A stretch of DNA of 64,000 nucleotides from positions 496,001-560,000 of the forward strand of contig NW_027191466.1 of NCBI RefSeq assembly GCF_011745625.1, read 5' to 3'. A program made the translations under genes and the position numbers. Below the pieces are notes generated by a model. That model worked only from the letters and a program-made list of their open reading frames with translations, ran no database searches and was not told the origin of the DNA. Source of the stretch: Cladosporium halotolerans. Taxonomy: Eukaryota. Of the stretch, positions 14,225 to 26,216 are shown in pieces; the stretch's first letter is position 1, and each line of letters starts with the position of its first letter.

Positions 14225-17072
14225 TCATGCAAACTGCCACCTGGCATTAACCTGCTTCCGCTTCACCTGAAAGATCGTTAGTATTCTGAGCTAAGTCTGA
14301 ATCAGGTATTCATTGCGCAAGACTCACCAAAGGCGTAACAACAAACGTCACGACAGCCAGCGCAGCCACCGTAGCCAGCATCTGGAACTTGTTGAAGTCC
14401 TTCCCGATCATGTCGAAGTTGAAGCTGGGGCTAAGCCTCGTGCCGAACACGTCCAGGCCGTACGCGAAGATCAAGCTCGTGCTCTCCAGCAGCGCGGGGC
14501 TGGTGACCACGTTTTTGATGCCGAGCACCTCGCGCGCGTGGTTGAGGTGCCATTTGGGGTCGAACTCGATCACGGGCGCGTAGCGGACCAGGCCCTCCAT
14601 CTGTTCGTTCTTGGTGGGGTCTCGGCCGACGGGGCGGCGGGGGTCGATGACGCCGCGCGGAATACCGACGATGGCGCTGGAGTCCGCAAGTACAGCGAGG
14701 AGCTGGCGGGACGTAATGCCCTGGCGAGTTTGAGTGACGGATAGCTTGGCGATGGATTCAGGGATCTGGTAGGTCTGGGTGAGGGTGTGAGGTTCGGTGC
14801 TGCCAGACAAGCTGGAGACGTTGACGGCAGCGTCAAGGATACCACGGTCGTTGGAAGAGAGCGATTCGAAAAGCTCGCCGCTGACGAGTTGGTGGCCCTT
14901 TGGTGAGCTGTCCGACGCTTCGGCGGTGAAGGAGTATGCGAACCAGTTCTCAGAGAGCGTGGACGCAATAGGTTCACTAAGGTCGACGTTCTTGTGAGTG
15001 TTCGAATAAATAACGGCACCGCTGACGGTGTCCAGAACGTACACGGAAGCCGACTTGACCGCTTCGTGGGCAGTAACAAGAAGCGCAAGGTTCGGGTTGA
15101 GGTACTTATAAAGGACGTTCCTGTCGCCCAAGACCTTTCCAATAGAGGCGACAGGGTCATTCACAGGTCTCGAGACAAGACCCAAGATCTTCTCACCAGG
15201 CTGCGGAACGAAACGCCAGAGAGTATCCGCCTTGTTCTGGCCAGAGGCAGTGGCTGCAAGCTCACCGTTTTGGAGGGTGTACTCGACGGCAACTAGCGGC
15301 ACGGGAGAATCGACGTGGACTTCCTGCGACGAGGAAGAAATCTTCTCGCCGGTAGTGGCGTTGAACAGAGGCGTCTCGGAACCATTGTCTTCTATGAGGC
15401 GAATGACGCCATTTGGCAGTGCCTCAACGCGAGCTGCCCAGGACTGTCCAGCCGGCACGTCTGCGACCTGCTTGGTCCAGATGATGCTATTGGGGTTGCC
15501 GCCCTCCAGTGCCAGAAGACGACCACTGCTCGTAGCGCAGATGATGGATTTCTTGAAGCCGAAGGCATCGCTGTGGTCGTCACTGGTGCCGAGGAAGCCG
15601 CGCATGAAGCTCTGCGGCAGATTACGAACAATCTCCGGCAGACTCTTCAGGTCATTGATGTGACGCTTGACGCGGTGGATGTAAGCGTGGATGGGCGTGC
15701 TGTGCGCTTCCTCCTCTAGCTCGTGCACAAGTGCTTCTGCCTCAGCAGGAATAGTGAATGCTGCAGAGATAGTGTCGGCCAATACCTCCAGACGTTGCCA
15801 GGTCGCGCTGCCATCTCTGAGAAGGACCCACTCGCCGGAAGATAAGTAGACTGCGGACCTGACAGCGGAGACGGAGTCACCCTTAATTGACACTTCAGAG
15901 ACTGCGTGTAACGGGGCCGTCTCTTCCGACTTGCCCACGGTGCCGAAGTTGCTGATGGCCCATCTGCCCAGCACGCCGTGCGAGGCAGATGACACGGTAG
16001 AGACTTGACCATTCGTGACCCTAGTGAAGTACACATTGGCATCGTTGGTGCTAGTCGAGAAAGCACTGTGACCAGAGACCTTGGGCAGGCTGTACGCCTT
16101 CTCGACCGTGCTCTTCTTCAAGTTGACATGGTAGACCTCAGCCCAGTCTGACACGGCAGTCTCAAAATGCACCAAGAAGTGAGCTAGCGAGTTCGTGTGG
16201 TACGGTGCGTGGAGAGCGACACGCTGGACCGCGTGCTCGTTGTGCTTTTCAATGTTGAAAGAGGAGACGGCCTTTGTGCCAATGATATTGACCTTCAGCG
16301 TTGTGTACGCCGAGTCCGTCCATGCAATAATCGGGGAAGCAGAGTTGGCTCCCACGGAGATGATCGTATCCGCCGATGCGAGCTCGCTGTCCGAGGCCAG
16401 AGTGTACTCGTCCGTCTTCTTGCCAGTCACCGGATCGAGGCTGACGACCTTGATCTTGATATATCCAAGCATCGTCTTGTGCAACAGAATCGCAAACACC
16501 TCCGTCGAAGAAGCAGACACCTGATAAGGCTCGTCGCCGCTTTCCAGCTTGTGCGACCATTTGACGGCTCCAGTCGCGCCGTCCAGCCTCTGCACTTCAG
16601 CGTGCTCGCCGCCAGCCAGGATCAAGGCATCCTTCGCGCCAGGCGTCTCTTTCCCGTCGCTGAGTTCCAAAATCTCCACGTCTTGCAGCGAGGCCGGCGC
16701 AACGTGGCTCCAGGCAAGTCTTCCGTCGCCTGCAGCCCATGAATCCACACGATTTCCAATACCACTGACAACGGCATCTTGATCCTCTCCCGCGCGCAAG
16801 AAGCTCGCACCAGAGCTCTCGCCTTCGCTCAAAAGCTGTCTCCAGACCAGCGACCCATCCCTCGGGTTCACCGCACCCAGAACACCCTTCTCAGACAACG
16901 AGTAGATCAACGACGCCCGCGAGGCCGGATTCGGTCGGTGGAAGAAGGTTGTCGATTCCTGGGGCTTGCCGAGCAGTGCGTGGTGGTAGTCGAGATTGAA
17001 GGCTTCGTCGGCGAAGACCGCCGACGCGGATCTGAGCAGCAGACAAGCTGCCGCGAGCAAGGGCAGCATCAT
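14225..17072 (-). CDS. EMC1: ER membrane protein complex subunit 1; exons 17072-14328 and 14266-14225
   Basis: Signal peptide then AVFADEA, PQQ-like beta-propeller, SIGKVLGDRNVLYKYLNPN, LESTSLIFAYGLDVF, and a C-terminal TM helix. Intron 14267-14327 gives the tail VKRKQVNARWQFA*. Confidence 0.96.
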
Positions 17073-17510
17073 CTTGTGTGTTGTCGCTGCGCTGCGCTCG
17101 GTGCTGGCGATGTGCCTTAGGTAGGTTCCCCAGGGCCAGCTAGCTCGAACGCAGCGGAGGGACCTGGAGCTGCGGCGGCGGCCATAGCGCGCTTGACGAT
17201 TTGCTTGGCGGGGCGGAGAGGGGGATTGGCGGTCAACCAATTCTTCAATCAATGTTCATCAAATTGGGCACTAATTGGATCATGGCAATCTGCATGGCTA
17301 TCCGTAGTTCCAACCGAGCTGTCACCAATATGAATTCTCCAGCAATCGAAAGAGACATCCTCTTCGCTTCGTTTCAAGCTTGGGCAGGAACGGGCAGGAA
17401 TGCAATGCTTTCGACATCACGACACGGACATGCCTGCTGGCAATGGCAATCACACCAGGTGCTCGCGTGCTCGGGTACTCACGCGTCTACTCAATATTGC
17501 TGATGCCGCG

Positions 17511-17537
17511 GACGACGACGACGACGACGACAACAAC
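17511..17537. repeat. (GAC)7(AAC)2 microsatellite
   Basis: gacgacgacgacgacgacgacaacaac in the EMC1-RSR1 divergent intergenic region. Confidence 0.85.
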
Positions 17538-19288
17538 ACGCGCAGCAGTTCTGAAGGTTGATGTTTCGTGGCTGACCTGCGGCACTCTCCACCATCCGCC
17601 TCTGACGTACCGTACCTGTTCGCCCGCATCCGGTACCACCCATGACACGACATCCGATCGCACACGAGTAGGATCCTCTACGAGCACCAAGACCCAAACG
17701 AGCACCGCATTTCTCTGGTTCCCTGACTTCACCCCTACGTAGCAGGCGCTCAACGGCAGCCGGCCGCTCGCCCAGGCCGGCAGAACGTTTCTCGAAGCGA
17801 TCAGCGACGGCAGCGAGGAAACTCGAGCCCGACAGCCCACCCACCGCTCAGAAGGCGCACGAGCGCGGAAAGCCAAATAGATGGCTTCCCCCACAGGGCC
17901 CGGTCGACGCTCTGCGCGCGGATGCCCGCCCCGTCGCCGGCGCGCGCGCCAGGCTGCCCGGCCGGCCCTCAACGCACGCGGCGCAGGGGGCGTGGGGGAG
18001 AGACGAAGTCGACGGGCGAGTCAGGGACGCATTGGGCGGCGGCAGCGCGTTATCGTCGGCGCTTGGGTGGTGTGTAGCGGTGTCGTGTCGTGTCCGCGAG
18101 CCGCGGGCCAACGATGGGCAGACGGCGGCGACATGACATGTGCGGCTGCAGAGCGACGAGAAGGGCGAAGGAGCCGAGCGCGGGCCAGGGCTTGCAGCGT
18201 GGCGCGCAGGGACCGGGTGTCGTCGCGTGCAGGGAGTGGAGGGCGCGGCCGTCGGGCAGCCAGTCGGAGGCGGGCATCGCGCGGGGCCTGATGTGCCTGA
18301 TGTCAACGGGGCGTTGGTAGTATTCGCTGTGCCTGGTGCTGCGCGCGGTGCTTTGCGCTGGCTGGTTGATTGTTGAACGCGAGCGAAAAGCTGCTAGCCA
18401 GCCCGGCGGACGCCCAAACGCCACGGCCAGCTCGCGACGCAGTGTGCCGGGCGGCGGGGAGCAGGCGCGCCGGGCTAGCATACACCGCCGCCGTGGATTC
18501 GGGCTGCTGGGCGGCGCCAGGAACGGGCAGGAGAAGCAGTCAATCCCTTCCATCGCCCATCGCCCATCGCCCAGCGCAAATCGCACCGCCCTCCGAGCTC
18601 TCCAAGGTCCGCGCCCTTTCTCCCCTACCTTAGCCCCAGCCCTGCCCTCCTCCGTCGTCATACCCGTCCCGTCGTTCACTCCCATTCCGCTCCCACTCCC
18701 TCCTGCTCGCCCACGCCGTGCGTGCTTGCATACATCGTCCCGTCTCATACCACCACCTCGTGCAAACGCGCATCCGCCCTCGCGCATCCCAATCACCCTG
18801 CACGCCTCGGCTCCCGCGACATACCACCTACCTTTCTATCCAATCTGCACAAATTCGCCAATCACGAACCAGAAGTGCCAGCCAGACTGCACCACCCTCC
18901 CGAACCGGACGTCGGCCCGCTGGACGAATAAAAAAAAGTTACCCGCACACAATATCCAACGTCCTGATATAGGGCGGGGCAAAGCTCCTGTGTCAGACCG
19001 AATTAGGGCCCAAGGAAATAAAGTCGAGCAGGCTCACCAAGCAGAACAAGGAGCGTCGGGTGCTGCTCTCCTTGAGGGTGCTTGCGGAGCGTTGCAACAG
19101 GCACAACGGGACAAACGGTGGTGTGAGAGAGGTGTGGGAGGTGCCGTTTGCGACGCTGCAGCGGAGAGCAAACGCGCGCGAGAGGCAGCGGAGAGTGAGA
19201 GCAAAAAGGCAGTGGATGCGCACCGTCGCGGAACCGGAGAACGCTGCCTTTTTGGCTTCTTTTGCTGGTTTCCCACCCTTGATGTGCC

Positions 19289-20304
19289 ATGTCGCGAGGC
19301 GCGTACCAGAGGTATGGTTCACTAATATACGTCCTGCGACCCACAAACCAGTCCGGTCTTGCTTTGTGTGGGTTTCAAGTCTGATAACCTTTTTTTTCTG
19401 TCCCGTAGAGAGTATAACATAGCGGTCCTTGGGTCTGGCGGCGTGGGGAAGAGTGCGTTGACTGGTATGCATGTCCTGTTCTTTACTCCCTCTAATCTCA
19501 ATCTCTCAATCGCGACATTGCACTTTTGCTAACACGCTTGGTCTCGATAGCGCAATTCGTCCAAGGAATCTTCATAGAACGATATGACCCAACAATCGAG
19601 GATACATATCGCAAGGCGATCGACGTCGATGTACGCACCGGATTCCCACCATTGGCGCGCAACGCAGCAAACTCACAGAAAAACAGGGAAGACAGGTGAT
19701 GCTAGAGATCATGGACACAGCCGGCACAGAGCAATTCAGTAAGCCCCCCAACCCCTCGAGAAGATCCCTTTCAAACAACACCCACTGACCCCCTCTCCCA
19801 GCATCAATACGGTAAACCCTCCCAAAACCCTCCCAAACGACCAAATCCTAACCCCCCCTACACAGAGAAATGTACATGCGCTACGCGCAAGGCTTCCTCC
19901 TAGTCTTCAGCATCACGTCCTCGACCTCGCTCGCCGAGCTCGCCGACCTCCGCGAGCAAATCGCGCACATGAAGAACAACGACCCGTCGATCCCCATCGT
20001 GCTCGTGGGCAACAAAGCCGACCTCGAAGACGACCGCCGCGTCTCGCGCGCCAAGGCCTTCCAGGTCTCGCAGATGTGGGGCAACATCCCCTACTACGAG
20101 ACGAGCGCGCGCCGCAGGCTGAACGTCAACGAGGTGTTTGTCGACGTGTGCAGGCAGATCATCAGGAAGGATTTGAGCGGGAGGAAGGGAGACGGGAGGG
20201 GTGGGGGAGGCGGGAGTGGGGGTGGGGGTGGAGGGGGGAGGAGGAGGAAGAGGAGGGGTGGGGGCGATGATAGGGGTGGGGGGAGCAAGTGTGTTATTTT
20301 GTGA
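19289..20304 (+). CDS. RSR1: Ras-family GTPase, Rap1/Rsr1 (Bud1) type; exons 19289-19311, 19409-19464, 19551-19630, 19687-19738, 19802-19811, 19866-20304
   Basis: The spliced product reads [36 protein letters not shown] (Rap-type Thr61), VGNKADL, YETSAR and ends in the CAAX box CVIL. All five GT-AG introns keep the frame. Confidence 0.93.
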
Positions 20305-21147
20305 GGGAGGGGAGAGAGGGAAAGGTGGGGGCTTGGAAACAAGAAATATAAAAAGTTGGGCGGGGACTGATTTTTTTGTGATATCCTGGGATCTCTCTTC
20401 TTGGGTGGGACGGCTTGGATTAAAACGCTTTTGGATTTTTCTATCGGGGGGGCTTTGTTCTATTTGTTGGGATACCAGATGGCATTTGATTCTCTACCGA
20501 TGTATACACCGCCCGCAAGGCTGTGCCTTGGGCGTCTGTTTGTTTTTGTCGTCGACGGCTCCCCTGGTCTCGGGTTCTTTACAGTTCCATTGCGATTCAT
20601 CAGACTCATAGAAGGCAGTCGGAGACAAGGATACAAAAAGATTGGCAATCGACAACAATAAAATCTGTCATATCATTCTAGCTCTTCAAAATCTGTTCTT
20701 ATCCTCCTGCCACCCTTCCAGATGGAAATGGCCCGATGACAGACCTCACTGTCGACCCGCGGACAGCCCGGACGAACTTCCAAGGCAAAGTGAACATACG
20801 TAGAGCTATGTCTAAGAGCAACTATGTGATAACATGGCATCATCATTGGTTTCCCTCAGTAAAAAGCGATCAGGCAAGCAGGCGTCGCTGCCAGACTTTT
20901 CTTACATAGACACAGCAACGCTATGTGCCCTGAACAACCAAACGAATGCTCAGGAGGAACCAATAAGGAAAAGACAGACAATGAAGCGGAACAGTATTAC
21001 CATTTCCAGCTACCAAAAAAAACCATTCGATGAGACGGAGTAGCACTCCCGTCCGCCGCGAGAGCGAACGCAAGCCCCCCTCCATCTCAGCACATCACAT
21101 CCTCATATCGTCATCAACTCATCAATCCTCATCATCCCTCGCTTGAT

Positions 21148-21987
21148 CTACTGGGAGATGCCAATAACGCCGCAAGCCGGACGACCGCCAGCGTTGCCGG
21201 TCTTCTTGCTCTCCTCGTTGCCGCCCTTGCCGAGGTCGTCGGTGCCGGCGTGCACGACGACGGTGCGGCCCAGCACGCTCTCAGGGCCGATCAGCTTGAT
21301 GTGCTTGTCGGCCACGCTGCCCGTGGCGTTGCCCTGGCCGTCCGTCTTGAAGTTGCCCAGGTCGCCGACGTGGCGCTCGGAGTCGGAGGGGGCGCCGTGG
21401 GTCTTGTTGTGCGGGTTGACTTTTGGAGATTGTTAGTTTGGGGGGTTTGGAGGGAGGGGGAGGAGGGGAATGGGGACGCACAGTGAGGGCCGGCGCTGGT
21501 GCAGCCGTTGGTGTTGTCGCCGAAGGTGTGGATGTGCATGCCGCGCTCGGCGTTGGCGTCGTTGCCGGAGACGTTCCAGCTGATGGTCGTCTCGGCGGCC
21601 TCGGAGGCCTGCTCGAAGGTGACGGTGCCCTTGACGTTGGAGTCACCACGGATGACAGCGACTGCGGGGAGAGTCGTTAGCTACTACACGTTGGAGCTCC
21701 AATGCCGCCGTGATGGCCGACTGGACGGAGCGAGTGAGCTGCTGTGCTGTGCTGTCGACGAGACAACAAGGCCATGCCATCGACGTGATCGTCCACGCCG
21801 TCCCGTGCATCTCAATGCCCGCCGCCACGTGGGATGAGGCTCACGCGGTGCAGCGGACACCTCAATGGCAGGACCTCGATGAACGAGCGTGTCAAAAACC
21901 GCCGCGTCGCCCTCAAACATGCTCACTCCGCCTCCACACTGGCCAATCACTCGCCAGAAGGGGCCGATACGTACCAGCCTTGACCAT
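21148..21987 (-). CDS. SOD1: Cu/Zn superoxide dismutase; exons 21987-21975, 21661-21482, 21419-21148
   Basis: [57 protein letters not shown]. Confidence 0.99.
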
Positions 21988-22155
21988 TTTGGCGGTTTAG
22001 TAAGCTTCTTTTTACAGTATTTGAAGGTTGTTCTTTTTCTCTTTCGTCTCTGTGGACTTCTGATTGTTCGGAGAGAGGATGACGGGAGTTACGGTGGAAG
22101 GAAGATGAGCACAGGTAGGCGTCACCGCGGCGGACAGCTTCGCCGGTTGCTCGCT

Positions 22156-22268
22156 CAGCAAAACACAAGCGACCCCGCCCCCGCCCCACTTGATGCGTTC
22201 ATTTTCGCCCCGGCGCTTGGAGGGGCAGCTGCGCAGCGAGCGAGCACGGCATCGCGCGCGTTTTGCTG
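22156..22268. promoter_or_regulatory. Inverted pair of Ace1-type copper-response motifs upstream of SOD1
   Basis: CAGCAAAA at 22156-22163 and TTTTGCTG at 22261-22268 match the T-rich GCTG core bound by Ace1-type copper-fist factors. Confidence 0.45.
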
Positions 22269-22596
22269 TTCTGAGAGGAGACCCGGGCGGATGTTCGCGG
22301 AAATGCAAGCTGTTCGCTTGCACGTGCTTGCGATGTTTGGACGCAAGTCTTACGGCCTTAGGTGTTTTGAGATGAACAGTAAAAATTCACGGGAAGCTGT
22401 GGTGACTCAAAAAGGGGAGAAACACGTTCTTTTGATATGTGCGTATGTCATAAATATTCATGGTTTCTTTTTCAGAGGTCTATGCTAGCGAACACAAAAG
22501 AGCATTCAGTCTGTTCATCCCACCGTCATTGCACGTAAACGTAGAAGAAAAAGGGTAGTAAGAAAATATTATCCCGAAGCGCAATCAATCAGACAT

Positions 22597-23725
22597 TTAA
22601 GCCTTCTGGATCTTCTCGCTGAGGATCTCCTTGAGGGTGACGGCGTCAGCGGCGAACTTGCTGATGCCCTCGGAGAGCTTGTGGACGGCCATGGGGTCCT
22701 CGTTGAAGTCGAAGCGGAAGAGAGCCTCGTCCTTGAGGTAGCTCTTCTTCTCGATGTCGAGCTTGGCGACGTCCTCAGCCTTGAGCTTCTGGGGAACGGA
22801 CTCCTGGGAGTTGAAGAGCTGCTCGAGGAGGTTGGGGGCGATGGTGAGGTAGTCGCAGCCAGCGAGCTCGGTGATCTCGCCGGTGTTGCGGAAAGAGGCG
22901 CCCATGACGATGGTCTTGTAGCCGAACTTCTTGTAGTAGTTGAAGATCTCGACGACGGACTTGACACCAGGGTCGTTGTCCTTGGTGTACTCCTGCTTGG
23001 TGTTGGCCTTGTACCAGTCGAGGATGCGGCCGACGAAGGGAGAGATGAGGTAGGCGCCAGCCTCGGCGGCGGCGATGGCCTGGACGGGAGAGAACATGAG
23101 GGTCAGGTTGCAGTTGATGCCGTGCTTGTTCTGGAGCTCGTGGGCGGCCTGGATACCCTCCCAGGTGGAAGCGAGCTTGATGAGGACGCGAGACTTGTCA
23201 ATGCCGGCCTCCTTGTAGAGCTGGTGAAGTTGTCAGTATCCCTGTTGTTCGCAATCTTGATATTGTGTGGACGTACGTCGATGATGCGGAGGGCCTTCTG
23301 GATGGAAACATCCTTGTCGAAGGAGAAACGGGCGTCGACCTCAGTGGAGACCTTGCCGGGGACGATCTTCAGGATCTCGCTGCCGAACTGGACGAGGAGG
23401 TTGTCGAAGGTGACGTCGATCTTCTCGTTGAGGTCCTTGCCGTGCTTCACGCCGTACGCAACAGCATCGTCGATGAGCTTGGCGTACTCGGGCTTCTTGG
23501 AGGCGGCGAGGATGAGGGAGGGGTTGGTGGTGGCGTCCTGCGGCTTGTACTTGCCAATGGTGGCGAAGTCACCGGAGTCGCAGACAACGGTCTGTAGGAA
23601 GGGAGTTGTCAGCGAGTGTTGTTTGCGGCCGCGGACGGTATGACTGGGCGAGGTGGGGTGATCGTCGGTGAGGCATTGAGACTTACGGTGCCGGCGGCCT
23701 TGAGCTGGTCGAGAGAGGAAGACAT
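22597..23725 (-). CDS. TAL1: Transaldolase; exons 23725-23687, 23591-23277, 23220-22597
   Basis: [69 protein letters not shown]. Confidence 0.99.
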
Positions 23726-24656
23726 GGCTGTTGGTGTGAAGGTGTGGATGAATTTGTGAAAAGGGGTATCAAGTGGTGGTTGTGTGAAGAGAGGTGTGGA
23801 TGTGTCGCGCAAGAGAAGTGGTTGGGCAAAAACTTTGGGGCTTTGTATGCTTGGAGGGGCTGCAGAAGGTGGCGGAAGCGTCAAGGGCTGATGTAACAGG
23901 GCGAGCCAGCGCCGGCCGTCATTGGATGGCCTGTGCGGGCTACTTCCACGCGCTCTCCTCGGCGGCTCTCTGCTGCACCGCCGGCCGTGTGAGGCGTTGC
24001 TGTGTCATGCTCATCTCATCGGAGCTGCCTTTGCCATGTTTCCTCGTTGCTGCATTGCATGTGAAGATCAAGGCACAGATGTGTGCGGACCTCACCAATT
24101 CACTCCCTTCACGTGACCCCGCCCACATCCCTCGATCGCGAATTCAGCCAGCAAGCAAACACGTTGAGTACGGCGGGCTCAAACGCCGACGCGGCGCGTC
24201 CGGGTAAATCTTCCGCTTCTGCCAACTCAGCCAGCGCGAGCGTGGGCTGCCCGCCGACGGAGATGCTCACCACGCCCGCCGCGATAAGGGCGAGTGTTGC
24301 CCCAGAGACCTCGCCCACTTCGGCTAATTCACTCTCCTCCTGTACAAGAACATGGATCTGAGCGGAAATGTCCACGCCACCCTGGAATTAGTCACATTCG
24401 AGACCGACTGGCGTTTTGCCTTCGAAACATCGTGACATTTCTCAAGCGTGTGCAGGCATGGGTGGGAAGACGACGGAGTGGCGTTTCCGATGATCGGAGA
24501 TTGGTGCCCTGCATCAAGAAAAAAGAAAATCACAGGATCGTTCATGGAGATGTCGCCGGATAGTGATAATCCAGATTCGCATCGTTTATTTGATCCAATA
24601 AGAATTTCGTCGCCTCTGTAAGTTGACGACATATGGTGGCCCCAAACTTGAGAACA

Positions 24657-26216
24657 TCAGCCTTCCATCAGACGGCGGCCATGATCATAATCACCGCTCT
24701 CGTCATCTGCTGAGATCTGCCTCACTTCCCATCGGCTCCCTCTATCAGCCAACCCAGGCCATATATCACCGGGCAAGAACCCCCCAACTTCCTCCACAAA
24801 CTCCTCCCTCGCTTCCCGATCAGTCTCATAAAGCAGCTCCAAATCCCTCCTCGCCTTCTCCGCCACCTTCACCATCTGCGCCTCCACGGCCGCCCTCCTA
24901 TCAACCTCGCGCAGCAGCTTCTTATACCCCGACCAAAACTGCTCATAAAACCCACAAAGCCCAACCAATTCCTGCGTCTTCCCCTCCATCGCCCGCCTCA
25001 CGTTCTCCCACCCTTCCCTAAACCCCTCCACCGCATCCAAATACACCGGCAGGGCCTCCCTAACCGCATGCATGACTTCCACCGCCCTCCTCAACCCCTT
25101 CGTCACCCGCCTCGCCCCCTCCGCCCGCTGCCCCAACTGCCCATACAGCCCCTCCATCTCCCCTCCCCGCTCCCTCACCTCCGCGCCCACATCCTCCACT
25201 TCCGCGGCATCGTTCTCCAGCACCCGCAGCATCTCCGCGCGCTCGCCGGCCTCCATGGGCTCCGCACCCGCCGCGCCGTACAGGCTCTCCTCGACGCCGC
25301 CTTCCTTGGGCCCCAGCGCCTGCACGGCCGCGCGCGCGGCCTCGCCGCCGCCTTCGGTGTGCTTGAGCGCCGAGACGCAGAGGTCGTAGTGCGCGATGAG
25401 CGAGTGCAGCAGCGTGGCCATCTCGGCGGCGTGCGATTCCATGTCGTGGTAGAGGGCGGGTATGGAGAGCGGGGGCTCGTCGTAGGGGGTGATTTTGGAG
25501 GGCGGGTTGCTGCCGTCGCTGGAAGACGAGGGGTCGGGGTGCGGTGTGGCGGCGGCGGCGATGGTGGCGATGGAGTCGTCGAGGCGCGAGAGGTTGGTGT
25601 CGAGGTCGGCGCGGGAGTCGTTGAAGGTGTCGATTAGGGTGCGGAGGGAGGCGAGGAGGGTTTCGTGGTTGGATTCGTCGACGAAGTCGTAGAGGGTTTT
25701 GGGTGGGGAGGTGGAGGAAGATGAGGTTGATGGTGGAGGAGAGGAGGCGGGGAGGTGTTGGCTTTCGTATTGGTTTGATTGCGAGAGGGATTGTTTGGGC
25801 CTTTGTAGTGAACGGTCGATTATGACTTTCCGGAGGCTGCTGAGGGTTGCCTGAAGGCGGTCGTTGGCCACGTCGAGTTTGGCTATGGTTTGCTGGAACT
25901 CATCCCCAGCTGCGTCGCCAGCATCTGCTACGGCTACTCGGATGGATCGTAGGGTGTCGAGCTGCTCGTCGACGCCACGTTTGGCGAAAGCATTTTTGGC
26001 GTTCAGCACGGCGATCTCCTCGATTAGCGAGCGTGAACTTGTCGTGAGCTCAGTTGCTCTGTAGACGTGTTGAGTTGCAGTGAGAGACTTCTTCGCCGCG
26101 ACGAAGTGTGAAACGAGGCGCTCTAGATCTGGCTCGCCTTGGAAAGCAAGAGCTTGTGGTGAAGTTGGGGGCGACGGCGATGGAGCCGATGAAGAGTCTG
26201 AATCTGAAGAATCCAT
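24657..26216 (-). CDS. ATG17: Autophagy scaffold protein Atg17
   Basis: 519-aa helical ORF with LVSHFVAAKKSL, LLHSLIAHYDLCVSALKHTEGG, EMLRVLENDAAEV and FLPGDIWPGL, typical of Pezizomycotina Atg17. Confidence 0.9.
   Translation of the reverse strand: MDSSDSDSSSAPSPSPPTSPQALAFQGEPDLERLVSHFVAAKKSLTATQHVYRATELTTSSRSLIEEIAVLNAKNAFAKRGVDEQLDTLRSIRVAVADAGDAAGDEFQQTIAKLDVANDRLQATLSSLRKVIIDRSLQRPKQSLSQSNQYESQHLPASSPPPSTSSSSTSPPKTLYDFVDESNHETLLASLRTLIDTFNDSRADLDTNLSRLDDSIATIAAAATPHPDPSSSSDGSNPPSKITPYDEPPLSIPALYHDMESHAAEMATLLHSLIAHYDLCVSALKHTEGGGEAARAAVQALGPKEGGVEESLYGAAGAEPMEAGERAEMLRVLENDAAEVEDVGAEVRERGGEMEGLYGQLGQRAEGARRVTKGLRRAVEVMHAVREALPVYLDAVEGFREGWENVRRAMEGKTQELVGLCGFYEQFWSGYKKLLREVDRRAAVEAQMVKVAEKARRDLELLYETDREAREEFVEEVGGFLPGDIWPGLADRGSRWEVRQISADDESGDYDHGRRLMEG

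Noticed and set aside
17300..19288. Many overlapping 100-330 aa ORFs between EMC1 and RSR1
   Set aside because: Arg/Ala/Pro-rich translations in all frames of GC-rich promoter or leader DNA, with no codon bias or domain.
24109..24390. Minus-strand 88-aa ORF preceded by a branch/acceptor-like gactaattccag
   Set aside because: No ATG or upstream exon was found and there is no recognisable homology. It lies in the TAL1 upstream region.
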